This document shows, piece by piece, positions 15,328-24,535 of a stretch of DNA of 32,000 nt. Origin of the DNA: Candidatus Nanohalobium constans (lineage in GTDB: Archaea; Nanohalarchaeota; Nanosalinia; Nanosalinales; Nanosalinaceae); NCBI RefSeq assembly GCF_009617975.1, contig NZ_CP040089.1, positions 150,001-182,000 of the forward strand. Reading direction: 5' to 3'. Each line of letters starts with the position of its first letter. The first letter of the stretch is position 1. Both the position numbers and the translations under genes were made by a program. Under the pieces are notes generated by a model. The model saw only the letters and a program-made list of their open reading frames with translations. It did not search any database and had not been told where the DNA came from.

Positions 15328-16431
15328 ATGCCAGATATAGATCCTTGGGGCGATGTAGAGGTAGGAGACTACTCAGAGAAAATGGAAAAATTCGGGATAG
15401 AACCTATAGAAGAAATAGCAGACAGATTGCCGGACCACAGGTTTATCCGCAGAGGAATAGTCTTTGGTCACAGAGGTCTAGACGACTTCTTGGATGCCAG
15501 AGATGAAGGCAACGAGTTTGCAATGATGACAGGTATCATGCCTTCAGGAGTTTTCCACTTCGGCCACAAATGTGTCGTTGATCAGATCAAGCTGTACCAG
15601 GAAATGGGAGCACAAGTCACGATCGCTGCTGCAGACATCGAAGCATATAATACAAGAGAGATGAGTCTGGAAGAATCCAGAAAACTTGTGGTAGAACAGT
15701 ATCTGAAGAATTATGCAGCTCTGGGCATCGACCTAGAAGAGGTTGATTTCTACTTCCAGAGTCAGGCAGGAAACAATCACCTGGCTAGAAGCAAAATGTT
15801 TGGAAGATACCTTACTCAGAACGAGGTAGAGGCAACTTATGGAAACGCAGATCCAGGAAAGATTTCCTCGGCTCTGACGCAGTATGCAGACATTCTTCGA
15901 CCGCAATTCAAAGAAAATGGAGGTCCTAAACCAACTGTTGTGCCTGTAGGAGTAGATCAAGATCCTCACATCCGACTAACTCGGGAAGTAGCTCGAAAGT
16001 ATCGTGAGCAGGACTTCGTTAAACCGGCTTCAACCTACAACAAGTTCATGAGAGGTCTTCAGGGAGGAAAGATGAGCTCCTCTGATCCAAAAAGTTATAT
16101 CGCATTGACTGATTCAGTTGAGGACGCGAAAGATAAGATTGATCAGGCAAAGACAGGAGGCCAGGACTCGCTTGAGGAGCACAGAGAGAAGGGCGCTGAT
16201 GTCGAAGAAGACATGGTATTCGAACTGCTTGCATTCCATTTAATCGAAGATGATGGGGAGCTTCAGAGAATTAGAGAAGAGTACGCTTCTGGAGAAATGC
16301 TCTCTGGAGAGCTTAAGCAAATTGCCAAGGAGAAGATTGAGGAGTTCTTGGTTGAACATCAGAGGAAGAGAGAGGAAGTCGCTCCACAGGTTGAGCAGTA
16401 TATTGAGGAGAACTTTGAGTTCGACATCTGA
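15328..16431 (+). CDS. trpS: Tryptophanyl-tRNA synthetase (archaeal type)
   Basis: N-terminal DPWGDVEVGDYSEKMEKFGIEPI, typical of archaeal/eukaryotic TrpRS. HIGH-type motif PSGVFHFGH and KMSKS-type motif KMSSSDP. 367 aa. Confidence 0.85.
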   Translation: MPDIDPWGDVEVGDYSEKMEKFGIEPIEEIADRLPDHRFIRRGIVFGHRGLDDFLDARDEGNEFAMMTGIMPSGVFHFGHKCVVDQIKLYQEMGAQVTIAAADIEAYNTREMSLEESRKLVVEQYLKNYAALGIDLEEVDFYFQSQAGNNHLARSKMFGRYLTQNEVEATYGNADPGKISSALTQYADILRPQFKENGGPKPTVVPVGVDQDPHIRLTREVARKYREQDFVKPASTYNKFMRGLQGGKMSSSDPKSYIALTDSVEDAKDKIDQAKTGGQDSLEEHREKGADVEEDMVFELLAFHLIEDDGELQRIREEYASGEMLSGELKQIAKEKIEEFLVEHQRKREEVAPQVEQYIEENFEFDI

Positions 16432-16467
16432 AAAACTGGTTTAAATCCGTTTTCTTAATTCTTCTTC

Positions 16468-17199
16468 ATGTTACCAGAGTTGATTTTGCGGGAAGAGCAG
16501 GCTGATAATTTTCCTTTATTGTTTGTGTTAGGTGTTGTTTCTTCTGCTGCAGGGTTTTTCGCTGCCAAGGCATTGTTTCCTTCTGAAGTTTCTGTTTTAA
16601 GCGTGGTTTTTGCCTCTATCCCACTGGTTTATCCTTTAGCCACCAAGTTTTTGGAAGATGAGAAGGCTGAAGGAGAGTCCTATCTAGAGGAAATAAAGAT
16701 CTACCTTTCACTGTTTGCTGGAGAGGCTGTAGGCTTCACGATGATCGGGCTTTCAAGACCTGATATGCTGACGCTTCAGGCTCAGGTAGCAGGTATCTCA
16801 GGTATGGCGACTCAACCAGTATCCTTCATGTCGATCTTCATGAATAATATGATGGTATTCTTTGGAATATTGGCTGTCTCCGCGGTTATAGGTTCTGCAG
16901 GGGCTTTTATCCTTGTTTGGAATGCCTCAGTTCTTGGAAAGTTCTTCGCATCTCTTCTATCTAGGCTGGATGGAATCGAGGTTTTAACAGGTAGTTCCCA
17001 AGCTGCTACGCCTATAGCTTACATCCCGCATGCTACATTGGAGATGACAGGATTTATCCTAGCAGGTATCTCTGGTTCGATGATTTCGGCCGCAGTCTAC
17101 CGAGAACACTTTGATTGGGAAACATGGGATCACCTGGTTAAGCTGGTGCTTATTGGTTTTGCCTGTATCCTGGCAGGGGCTTTGCTGGAGACAGCGTGA
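16468..17199 (+). CDS. SpoIIM/DUF95-like integral membrane protein
   Basis: Polytopic membrane protein with IPHATLEMTGFILAGISG, which resembles the HGxxELxA motif of the stage II sporulation protein M family. Confidence 0.55.
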   Translation: MLPELILREEQADNFPLLFVLGVVSSAAGFFAAKALFPSEVSVLSVVFASIPLVYPLATKFLEDEKAEGESYLEEIKIYLSLFAGEAVGFTMIGLSRPDMLTLQAQVAGISGMATQPVSFMSIFMNNMMVFFGILAVSAVIGSAGAFILVWNASVLGKFFASLLSRLDGIEVLTGSSQAATPIAYIPHATLEMTGFILAGISGSMISAAVYREHFDWETWDHLVKLVLIGFACILAGALLETA

Positions 17200-17232
17200 A
17201 ACCTATTTAAAATTCGTTTAGATACCTAGCTT

Positions 17233-18624
17233 GTGAGACTTTCCAGCCAAGCAATCCGCGTACTAGAAAAACTCAAGCAAAGCGGAGAAAAATCAGTGAC
17301 AGAATTCGAAGAAGAAGGCTTCGACCAAGCAACAGTCAATAGAGCTCTTCTAGAACTAGAAGAAGAAAACTTGGTCAAGACAGAAGAACAAGAAGAAATA
17401 ATCCAGGAAATAACAGAAAAAGGAGAAAAAGTTCTGGAGAACGGATCGCCAGAACACAACATTCTTGAACAGCTTGACTCTGGCATTACTCCAATCTCAG
17501 ACCTTACAGGCAACACAAACATCGGTGTCGGAAAAGCCAAGCAGAAAGGCTGGATCGAAATCGACAACGGAAAAGTCTCAAAAACAGATAAAGGAGAAAA
17601 CATCGACATCGACCCAGTAAAGGAAAAACTGGAGAATGAAAACTTCGATGATGAACTAGGAGAGCGAGGACTTATCAGCTCAGAGCCTCAAAAAACAAAG
17701 ACGCTTTATCTAACTGAAGAAGGCGAAAAAATAGATATAGAAGAGATCGAAGAAGACTTCAATGTCGAAGCCCAGGCGGAAACACCTACTACTGGTAAAA
17801 AACATTATTACAAGGAAATTCTTCGTTTTGCACGGCAGACATGGCTGGAAATGGGCTTCGAAGAAATGGAAGGAAACTATGTAGTTCCAAGCCTCCTAAA
17901 CTTCGACGCACTTTACACGCCACAAGACCATCCAGCAAGGGAATTACATGATACATTCTTCGTTGAAAACCCTGAGACAGCTGATCTATCAGAGTACGGC
18001 GACAAAGTAAATCATATCAAAGAGACGCATGAAAACGGTTGGGAAACTGGAAGCACAGGTTACGGTGGAGACTGGAGCCATGAAGAAGCCGAGAAAAATG
18101 TTATCAGGACACATACTACAGCGATTTCAGCCCGAAGACTTCATGATATTGATATAAACGAAGAAGAATTGCCTAAGAAGTTCTTCATCGTAGGCAGAAA
18201 CTTCAGAAATGAAACAGTAGACAGAACACACCTAGCGGAGTTCTACCAGACTGATGGAATAGTGGTTGGGAAAGACTTGAACTTCAAGAATCTGAAAGGA
18301 TATATCTCGAAGTTCTTCGAGAAGATGGGGTATGACAAGTTCCGACTTATTCCGAGTTATTATCCTTACACTGAGATGAGTGTAGAGGTCCAGGTCTGGG
18401 ATGAGGAGGCTGAAGAATGGCTTGGAATGGGGGGAGCAGGAATGTTCCGTCCAGAGGTTGCCAAACCAATGCTTGGATTCGAAGCAAAAGTCCTAGCATG
18501 GGGATTAGGAATACCGCGTATAGCATTCATGGCAGCAGGACTTGAAGACATCAGAGAACTCTACAGAAACGACATCGAAATCATAAACGAGACGCCGGTA
18601 TGGAGACCGGACTGGAAAAGGTGA
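17233..18624 (+). CDS. pheS: Phenylalanyl-tRNA synthetase alpha subunit
   Basis: N-terminal winged-helix repeats followed by the class II core: HPARELHDTFF, FRNETVDRTHLAEFYQTDG, GAGMFRPEV and AWGLGIPRIAF. Confidence 0.9.
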   Translation: MRLSSQAIRVLEKLKQSGEKSVTEFEEEGFDQATVNRALLELEEENLVKTEEQEEIIQEITEKGEKVLENGSPEHNILEQLDSGITPISDLTGNTNIGVGKAKQKGWIEIDNGKVSKTDKGENIDIDPVKEKLENENFDDELGERGLISSEPQKTKTLYLTEEGEKIDIEEIEEDFNVEAQAETPTTGKKHYYKEILRFARQTWLEMGFEEMEGNYVVPSLLNFDALYTPQDHPARELHDTFFVENPETADLSEYGDKVNHIKETHENGWETGSTGYGGDWSHEEAEKNVIRTHTTAISARRLHDIDINEEELPKKFFIVGRNFRNETVDRTHLAEFYQTDGIVVGKDLNFKNLKGYISKFFEKMGYDKFRLIPSYYPYTEMSVEVQVWDEEAEEWLGMGGAGMFRPEVAKPMLGFEAKVLAWGLGIPRIAFMAAGLEDIRELYRNDIEIINETPVWRPDWKR

Positions 18625-18631
18625 ATGGAGA

Positions 18632-20278
18632 ATGGCAACACTTGAAATTGACAAGAGAGAATTTGACACCCTGGTAAAAAGAGAATTTGAAGACGAAAAA
18701 CTGATCGAAGAGGCTTCATTCCTCGGAGCCCACTGGCATAGCATCGACGGAAATGTATGTGAGGTTGAAACCTATCCTAACAGACCTGACTTATTGTCTG
18801 TGGAAGGCTTAGCCCGTGCATACAGAGGATTCTTTGATATAGAAAAGGGTAGAACAGAATACAAAGTAGAAGAAGGAAGTATTGAAGTCGAAGTAGATGA
18901 CTCTGTCGAAGAAGTTCGACCACACATTGGTGGAGCAGTTGTCAAGAACTTGGACCTTTCTAAGAAGGTTATCAATGGTTTGATCCAGTTGCAGGAGAAG
19001 ATGCATCAGACGATGGGCAGGAAGAGGGATAAACTGGCGATAGGTCTTCATGATCTTTCCACGGTAGAAGCTCCGTTCACCTACAAAGCCGTTGAACCTG
19101 AACAGGTCTCATTCAAGCCGCTCGAATACGATAAGCATATGCAGCTTGGAGAAATCCTAGATGAACACGAAAAGGGTCAGGAATACGCCTGGATTCTAGA
19201 TGATGAGGACAGATACCCGATAATTGAAGATTCTGAAGGAAGAGTTCTCAGCTTCCCGCCGATCATCAACAACCAGTTAACAGAAGTTGAAACCGGTACT
19301 GAGGACATCTTCATCGATGTAACTGGAAAAGATAAGGATACAGTATTGAAGGCTTTGAATATTTTGACGACTGCATTGGCTGAGAGGGACGGCGATATAG
19401 AGTCAGCAACAGTTGATGGCGAAGAACTACCTGATTTAACTCCAGAGGAGATGGAGCTGGATGTAGACTACTTCCAGGATGTCTCAGGTCTAGACCTGGA
19501 GAAGTCTGATATTATTGAACGGTTGAAGATGATGAAGTACGGTGCGGAGGGCGGTGAAAATATCCGTGTCGAAGTTCCATGCTACAGAAACGATGTAATG
19601 CATCAGTACGACCTGATTGAAGATGTCATAATCGCCCACAGATACACTAACATTGACCCTGAGCTGCCTGAAGTCGATCAAATCGGTCGACAGAAGGAAG
19701 TAGAGGATACTGCCCAGGTAGTACGCGATATAATGAGCGGAGCCGGTGCCCTCGAGGCGATGACCTATGTCCACGACAATCGGGAAAATCTTACAGATAA
19801 GATCGGTGCAGAAGACGAGGAGTTTGTCAAAGTCGACAATCCAATCTCTGAAGAGTACTCGGCACTAAGAAACCTGATGACTCCTTCCCTACTCGAAGTA
19901 CTGAAACAGAACAAGCATAGAGGTTATCCTCAGAAGTTCTTTGAAACAGGTAATGTCGCAGTACTCGATGACTCAGCTTCAGGCTCCTCAAACAAGACAA
20001 AAATGGTCTATGTACAGATAGGGGAAGAGACAGACTTCACAGATGCCCGAAAAATGCTTCAAGTCTTGGAGAGAGACTTGGGTATGGACCTGGAAGTAAG
20101 AGATGGTGAAAAACCGTTCTTCATGGATGCAAGGACAGGAGAAGTAGTTGTCGAAGATGAAAAAGTAGGGTTCATAGGTCAGTTCTCCGAGGAAATCCTG
20201 GAGAACTGGGAGCTGGATAAGCCGACAGCAGGATTCGAGCTGGATTTAGAGAAAATAAATGAGAAATTGAAGAAGTAG
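18632..20278 (+). CDS. pheT: Phenylalanyl-tRNA synthetase beta subunit (archaeal type)
   Basis: 548 aa, immediately downstream of pheS. Has the B3/4 and B5 domain pattern (PNRPDLLSVEGLARA, LSFPPIINN, VEVPCYRNDVMHQYDLIEDV). Confidence 0.9.
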   Translation: MATLEIDKREFDTLVKREFEDEKLIEEASFLGAHWHSIDGNVCEVETYPNRPDLLSVEGLARAYRGFFDIEKGRTEYKVEEGSIEVEVDDSVEEVRPHIGGAVVKNLDLSKKVINGLIQLQEKMHQTMGRKRDKLAIGLHDLSTVEAPFTYKAVEPEQVSFKPLEYDKHMQLGEILDEHEKGQEYAWILDDEDRYPIIEDSEGRVLSFPPIINNQLTEVETGTEDIFIDVTGKDKDTVLKALNILTTALAERDGDIESATVDGEELPDLTPEEMELDVDYFQDVSGLDLEKSDIIERLKMMKYGAEGGENIRVEVPCYRNDVMHQYDLIEDVIIAHRYTNIDPELPEVDQIGRQKEVEDTAQVVRDIMSGAGALEAMTYVHDNRENLTDKIGAEDEEFVKVDNPISEEYSALRNLMTPSLLEVLKQNKHRGYPQKFFETGNVAVLDDSASGSSNKTKMVYVQIGEETDFTDARKMLQVLERDLGMDLEVRDGEKPFFMDARTGEVVVEDEKVGFIGQFSEEILENWELDKPTAGFELDLEKINEKLKK

Positions 20279-20395
20279 AGTGTGTGGGCGGATGATGAGC
20301 CCTGCGGGACAAACTGCTGTCATTTTGATCAACATAAGCCATGCTCTTCTGAGCATCGCTTTCAGCAGCTAATTTTTGAGTGCTGACGCCCTGTT

Positions 20396-20647
20396 TTATT
20401 CCTCTTCTTCGTCTTCTACTTTTTCGGCTTCTACATCTTTGACATTTTTGTGGTTCTTGACTTCGCTTTCGGTTGGGATTATCAGCCAGGCAGCTATGTA
20501 GCCTAGAATTCCTATTTGACCTATTACAAGAAGTAATGTAGCTATTCTTACTAGGGAAGGGTCTAAGTCGTAGACTTCTGCTATTCCTCCGCACACTCCG
20601 CCGAGGATTTTGTCTTCTTCAGATCTGTAGAGTCGGTTGTCGCTCAT
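20396..20647 (-). CDS. PspC-domain membrane protein
   Basis: LYRSEEDKILGGVCGGIAEVYDLDPSLVRIATLLL is the PspC N-terminal domain signature. It is followed by one TM helix and an acidic tail. Confidence 0.7.
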   Translation of the reverse strand: MSDNRLYRSEEDKILGGVCGGIAEVYDLDPSLVRIATLLLVIGQIGILGYIAAWLIIPTESEVKNHKNVKDVEAEKVEDEEEE

Positions 20648-20699
20648 GTATTGGAATGTTTGAACCAGCTTTTTGAGAGTTGTTCTTTATAAACGGGTT

Positions 20700-20915
20700 A
20701 TGGCAGATGATACATACGGTATTCCGGCTCTCCTATCTTTCTTCCTGCCTGGTCTGGGACAGATTATAAAGGGACAGGTATGGAAAGGTATAGGACTGAT
20801 GCTGGGAGCATTTATCAGCGGCTTACTAGCTCTCGTATTGATAGGTTTCCTAATATATCCAATTATCTGGATTTACTCGGTTTACGATGCCTATAATACG
20901 CCTGCACCAAACTGA
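20700..20915 (+). CDS. Small two-TM membrane protein (TM2-like)
   Basis: GIPALLSFFLPGLGQIIKGQVWKGIGLML...IYSVYDAYN is the common LPGLGQ.Y.G small membrane protein pattern. The ATG at 20700 is preferred over the track start at 20673. Confidence 0.5.
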   Translation: MADDTYGIPALLSFFLPGLGQIIKGQVWKGIGLMLGAFISGLLALVLIGFLIYPIIWIYSVYDAYNTPAPN

Positions 20916-20945
20916 TAGAATTTTAATCAAAAAATTAAGGTGAGG

Positions 20946-20970
20946 AAGGAGAGGGTAAAAACCCCTCCTT
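20946..20970. terminator. Hairpin between convergent genes, followed by a T-run
   Basis: AAGGAGAGGG-taaaaa-CCCCTCCTT, then TCTCTTTTTT. It lies between the stop of 20700..20915 (+) and the stop of ndk (-). Confidence 0.4.
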
Positions 20971-20986
20971 TAAATTCTCTTTTTTC

Positions 20987-21472
20987 TTACTGTACTTCGT
21001 CTTCGTGAGATGTACTGTAGTCGTGTAGTTCGTCTTCTGTGAACCAGATTTCGATTTCTCTTTCTGCTTCTTCTGGTTCTGATGCGTGGACCAGGTTCTT
21101 GTATGTCCGTCCTGCGTCGTCTGCGTGATCCATTGACATGTGTCCGTAGCGACCTCTGATAGTTGCTGGATGTGCTTCCGAAGCGTCTGTATCGCCTACG
21201 ATCTTCCGCAGATTTTCAGCAGCATGAACTCCTTCCAATACCATTGCGACGATAGGACCTTGTTTCATGTACTCAGCTAGACCATCGTAGAAAGGTTTAT
21301 CGACATGTTCTTCATAGTGTTTTTCTAGTAATTGGTCTGTGGCTTGAACCATTTTCATCCCGCAGATCTTGAAACCTGCATCTTCAAAACGGGATGTGAT
21401 TTCTCCTACAATCCCTCTCTTAACTGCGTCCGGTTTTAAAGCCACGAAAGTTCGTTCAACATGCTCTGACAT
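20987..21472 (-). CDS. ndk: Nucleoside diphosphate kinase
   Basis: ERTFVALKPDAVKRGIVGEITSRFEDAGFKICGMKM, TIRGRYG and the NLVHASE active-site His motif. Confidence 0.9.
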   Translation of the reverse strand: MSEHVERTFVALKPDAVKRGIVGEITSRFEDAGFKICGMKMVQATDQLLEKHYEEHVDKPFYDGLAEYMKQGPIVAMVLEGVHAAENLRKIVGDTDASEAHPATIRGRYGHMSMDHADDAGRTYKNLVHASEPEEAEREIEIWFTEDELHDYSTSHEDEVQ

Positions 21473-21525
21473 AATTTAATCAACCTCTTATAAAAGAAAT
21501 CTGCAACCGGAATTTTTTAAACGCT

Positions 21526-21828
21526 CTACAAATCCTCTAGATGGACCGTCTTGTTCAGGTATTCGATCATCCATCCTCTTTCCTCACTCCAAGAAAAAAG
21601 ATTGATGTTGCAGTTTTCCTGCCTGAACTTCCAACTGTTCCTCGCAGTCTTGACAGCCCTAGGCATACTACTAGAGTATAGAAAATCTACATCCTCTGAC
21701 CTCAGCCTTTTACCTAGTGCCTCTGCCTGTTTCAATCCTTTATCAGTTAACTTGGACTCGCTCTGACCCTGAATAGTATCTGTACAGTTGTGCTCTGTTT
21801 GTCCGTGCCTGCAGAGAAAAAGCCTCAC
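21526..21828 (-). pseudogene. Histidine phosphatase (phosphoglycerate mutase-family) remnant with an apparent in-frame internal deletion
   Basis: The N-terminus LFLCRHGQTEHN...YSSSMPRAVKTA is the RHG catalytic motif region. After about 60 aa it joins what looks like the family C-terminus (NCNINLFSWSEERGWMIEYLNKTVHL). The total is 100 aa against roughly 200 expected, and the second catalytic His region is absent. Confidence 0.55.
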
Positions 21829-21859
21829 ATGTTAGAAGAGGATAGAAGAAATTATTAAC

Positions 21860-22321
21860 CTATCTCGAGGCAGTGATATTTCTATGGAATGTCTGCTCAC
21901 ACTTAAGCAGTGATACATTCTCATTTTCCAGCCATTCCGTTCCGGTCTGATTCCTGTACTCTGCCTGATCAGTCCATTCCATACCACTCATATCAGCGTC
22001 GCAGATATTGTATGCTTGCATCATGAGCTCGGACTCAACCCTGCGGTAAAAGTTTTCAGTCCCTGGCTCAACCTCAGTATAATTATCGTAGTTGTAGGTA
22101 GTATGGTCCTGCTTCTGGACGCCCAGACAGACACCTACATCCATACCGATACAGTTAGTCTCGACTTCCGTATAACCGACTTTCAAAGGGTCATCTGGAG
22201 TATAATAATTGTTTAACGCTGCAGCACTAACTACAAGAACTGCACAAACCCCTAGATAGAAAACATCTTTCCGAACATTGTCTGAAAACTCCAGATTCAT
22301 GACTAACACTGGTCCACGCAT
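21860..22321 (-). CDS. Hypothetical membrane-anchored, Cys-containing extracytoplasmic protein
   Basis: N-terminal TM helix (VFYLGVCAVLVVSAAALNNYY) followed by an acidic domain with 4 further Cys and several N-x-S/T sequons. No family recognised. Confidence 0.45.
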   Translation of the reverse strand: MRGPVLVMNLEFSDNVRKDVFYLGVCAVLVVSAAALNNYYTPDDPLKVGYTEVETNCIGMDVGVCLGVQKQDHTTYNYDNYTEVEPGTENFYRRVESELMMQAYNICDADMSGMEWTDQAEYRNQTGTEWLENENVSLLKCEQTFHRNITASR

Positions 22322-22386
22322 CTTCTTAAAACCTGTAACAAACAGGGCGAAGGATTTTATGAATATTCACTGAGAAAGGTTCAAGT

Positions 22387-24249
22387 ATGCAGGTAGGAAC
22401 AATAGAAGGAGAGGTCAATACTTCCAACTTTAAATTCCGTGCAACAGAAGAAGTCAGAAAATTCGACTTCGTATCGGTTAAGAGCAATGAAAAATGGATA
22501 CTAGCACAGGTAGAAGAAGTAACCAAAAAATCCGACGGCGAAACATACGCCAAAGCAAGTATAATCGGATACAGAGACAAGGGCTTAACTAAAGCACCAC
22601 GAAGAGTAATAGAGCCAGACTCAATCGTCTACCAGGCAGATCAAGAACTAATATCAGAAACACTGGGTCTCGACGACAAAGGACTTAACATCGGTAATCT
22701 TGAAACCAATCCAGAAATAGATATTCATGTCGACCCAGAAGAGTTCTACAAGCACTTTGCTGTCCTGGCACAAACTGGAGCAGGTAAATCCTATCTTACT
22801 GGTGTTTTAATTGAGGAAATGCTTGAGGATGACTTTCCGGTATTGATACTTGATCCTCACGGAGAGTATTCGTCGCTTCAACATCCTAATCCTGAGAACG
22901 AGGAGGAGCAGAGAAGTTATGAGGTGAAGGAGTACTCTCCGAATACTGAGATTAATCCTGATGCTTTACCGCTTCGATTCTCCTCGCTGAATCTCTCCAA
23001 GAAGGAATTAATGACTCTTATCCCTGATTCGTTGACTAACTCTCAGATGGGGGTCCTCTACAATGCTTTGAAGCGTTTGAAGGATAAAGATGAGGACTAT
23101 GGTCTTCTCGATATCGAGGACGCGGTTTCACAGGAAGATTCAACTGCTAAGTGGAATCTACTGAATTATTTGGAGCAGTTGGAAGAATCAGGTTTGTTTA
23201 GTAAGGATCCGATAGACTTGAAAGATTTGGTCGAGCCAGGAAGAGCTACAATCATTAACTTGCGGGCGGTGGAGCCTGAGGCTACAGAGATGACTGCTTA
23301 CATGCTTGCGAAGAAGCTTTTCGACTTGAGGAAGAAGAACAGGATTCCGCCTTTCCTGATGATTATGGAGGAGGCGCACAACTTTGTACCGGAGAAAGGC
23401 TTTGGTCAGACTCTCAGTAATGACATAATGAGGAAGATTGCTTCGGAAGGAAGGAAGTTCGGCTTGGGTATGGGAGTTATCAGTCAGAGACCGGCTCGTA
23501 TCGACAAAAATGTACTAAGCCAGTGCAACAATCAGTTTATCTTGCGTGTAACTAATCCTAACGATCTGAAAGCGATTTCGAAGTCTTTTGAAGGTATCAA
23601 CTCGGAGGTTGAGTCTATGATAAAATCCCTGCCTCCTGGCGTCTGCTTTGCCTTAGGTAACGAGTATCCTGTTATGACTTCTGTAAGGACGCGTAAATCC
23701 AAGCATGGTGGTGAAACGCAGACAGGCGACAGTTACGAGGAGAAGACGCAGATCACTTACTTCAGTCCTCGTGATTCTCTTCAGGAAGTCGAAGAACAAT
23801 ATGGTGAGAAGTTCTCACGCTCTTACTATCCGTTCTATCTGGTGCAGAATGATAATGAGAAGATGTTGATTGATGGGGTTAAGGATAAAAAGAAGGCGGA
23901 CAGAAAAAAGCTGCAAAGCCTCACTAAGAAGGTTTTCGACCGTATAAATAGTGGAAAGGATAAGCAAGAGATTGTTGATGATCTTGATGTTGGAATATCC
24001 AAGGTAGCGGGTAAAATAGAGCAGCTGCAGGATGAAGGGTTTTTGGATGGTCAGGAGGTTGTTGAATCAGTTTTCAACCTGGAGAAGATCGAGGATGATG
24101 TCAACGAAAGTGAGATAATCGATTATGAGATTGAGGAGAGTGATGTTTCCGGACGGCTGGAGGCTTCAGATGTCTCGCTGATTTACTACCCGTTCTACTC
24201 ATCTGATGAGGTGGTTTATGATCCTATTCTGTCGAAAGAGGTGGATTAG
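22387..24249 (+). CDS. HerA/DUF87-type (FtsK-HerA superfamily) ATPase with a 175-aa C-terminal extension
   Basis: N-terminal HAS-barrel-like region, Walker A AVLAQTGAGKSYLTG, Walker B PPFLMIMEEAHNFVP and an ISQRPARID arginine-finger region. The extension beyond about aa 445 carries two YYPFY motifs and a helix-turn-helix-like segment. Confidence 0.8.
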   Translation: MQVGTIEGEVNTSNFKFRATEEVRKFDFVSVKSNEKWILAQVEEVTKKSDGETYAKASIIGYRDKGLTKAPRRVIEPDSIVYQADQELISETLGLDDKGLNIGNLETNPEIDIHVDPEEFYKHFAVLAQTGAGKSYLTGVLIEEMLEDDFPVLILDPHGEYSSLQHPNPENEEEQRSYEVKEYSPNTEINPDALPLRFSSLNLSKKELMTLIPDSLTNSQMGVLYNALKRLKDKDEDYGLLDIEDAVSQEDSTAKWNLLNYLEQLEESGLFSKDPIDLKDLVEPGRATIINLRAVEPEATEMTAYMLAKKLFDLRKKNRIPPFLMIMEEAHNFVPEKGFGQTLSNDIMRKIASEGRKFGLGMGVISQRPARIDKNVLSQCNNQFILRVTNPNDLKAISKSFEGINSEVESMIKSLPPGVCFALGNEYPVMTSVRTRKSKHGGETQTGDSYEEKTQITYFSPRDSLQEVEEQYGEKFSRSYYPFYLVQNDNEKMLIDGVKDKKKADRKKLQSLTKKVFDRINSGKDKQEIVDDLDVGISKVAGKIEQLQDEGFLDGQEVVESVFNLEKIEDDVNESEIIDYEIEESDVSGRLEASDVSLIYYPFYSSDEVVYDPILSKEVD

Positions 24250-24301
24250 AGACAGGGTATTTTAAGACTTAACTATACCTAACTATATTACACGATTCAC
24301 A

Positions 24302-24424
24302 GGGTTCGTGGTCTAGTTGGTTATGACGTCGCCCTTACAACCGCATCACGTGAGAGTTTTTACGAACCTACGTATAAGCGAGTAAGTTAGGCGAAGATCC
24401 CCAGTTCGAATCTGGGCGAACCCA
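24302..24424 (+). tRNA. tRNA-Val(TAC) with a 49-nt intron at the canonical 37/38 position
   Basis: Elements read on the plus strand:
- Acceptor stem GGGTTCG/CGAACCC plus A.
- D arm GTCTAGTTGGTTATGAC.
- Anticodon arm TCGCC-CTTACA|A-GGCGA after removing 24340-24388.
- T arm CCCAG-TTCGAAT-CTGGG.
The central helix CUUA/UAAG is flanked by 3-nt bulges CA|A and UU|A, giving a bulge-helix-bulge (BHB) motif. Mature length is 74 nt. Confidence 0.87.
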
Positions 24425-24535
24425 ACCACTTTATCTTAATCGAAGACAACACTGGGTTGTTTGTCACCAAAAGGTAAATAAAGAATGAGTTTTTGAATAC
24501 TATTATACAAAAGGCAGGAGTGCTGTGTATATCAT

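Noticed and set aside
20279-20395. C-box-like GATGATGA (20291-20298) and a 26-codon hydrophobic ORF (MMSPAGQTAVILINISHALLSIAFSS, 20293..20373) in the convergent pheT/pspC spacer
   Set aside because: I tested it as a second C/D box sRNA. There is no CTGA 12 nt after the C box. The only CTGA (20349-20352) is 17 nt from the nearest C-prime-like TGATCA, and no terminal stem forms. The mini-ORF has no recognisable promoter or RBS context. It is most likely just 3' UTR or terminator sequence, though the peptide cannot be excluded.
20172-20594. 140-aa minus-strand ORF spanning the pheT 3' end, the spacer and pspC
   Set aside because: It is extremely basic (Arg/Ser-rich) and overlaps two well-supported genes in other frames. 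It is a typical shadow ORF.
24424-24428. Possible genomically encoded CCA after tRNA-Val (AACCA)
   Set aside because: The discriminator A is followed by ACCA, not CCA, so the match is offset by one base and probably coincidental.
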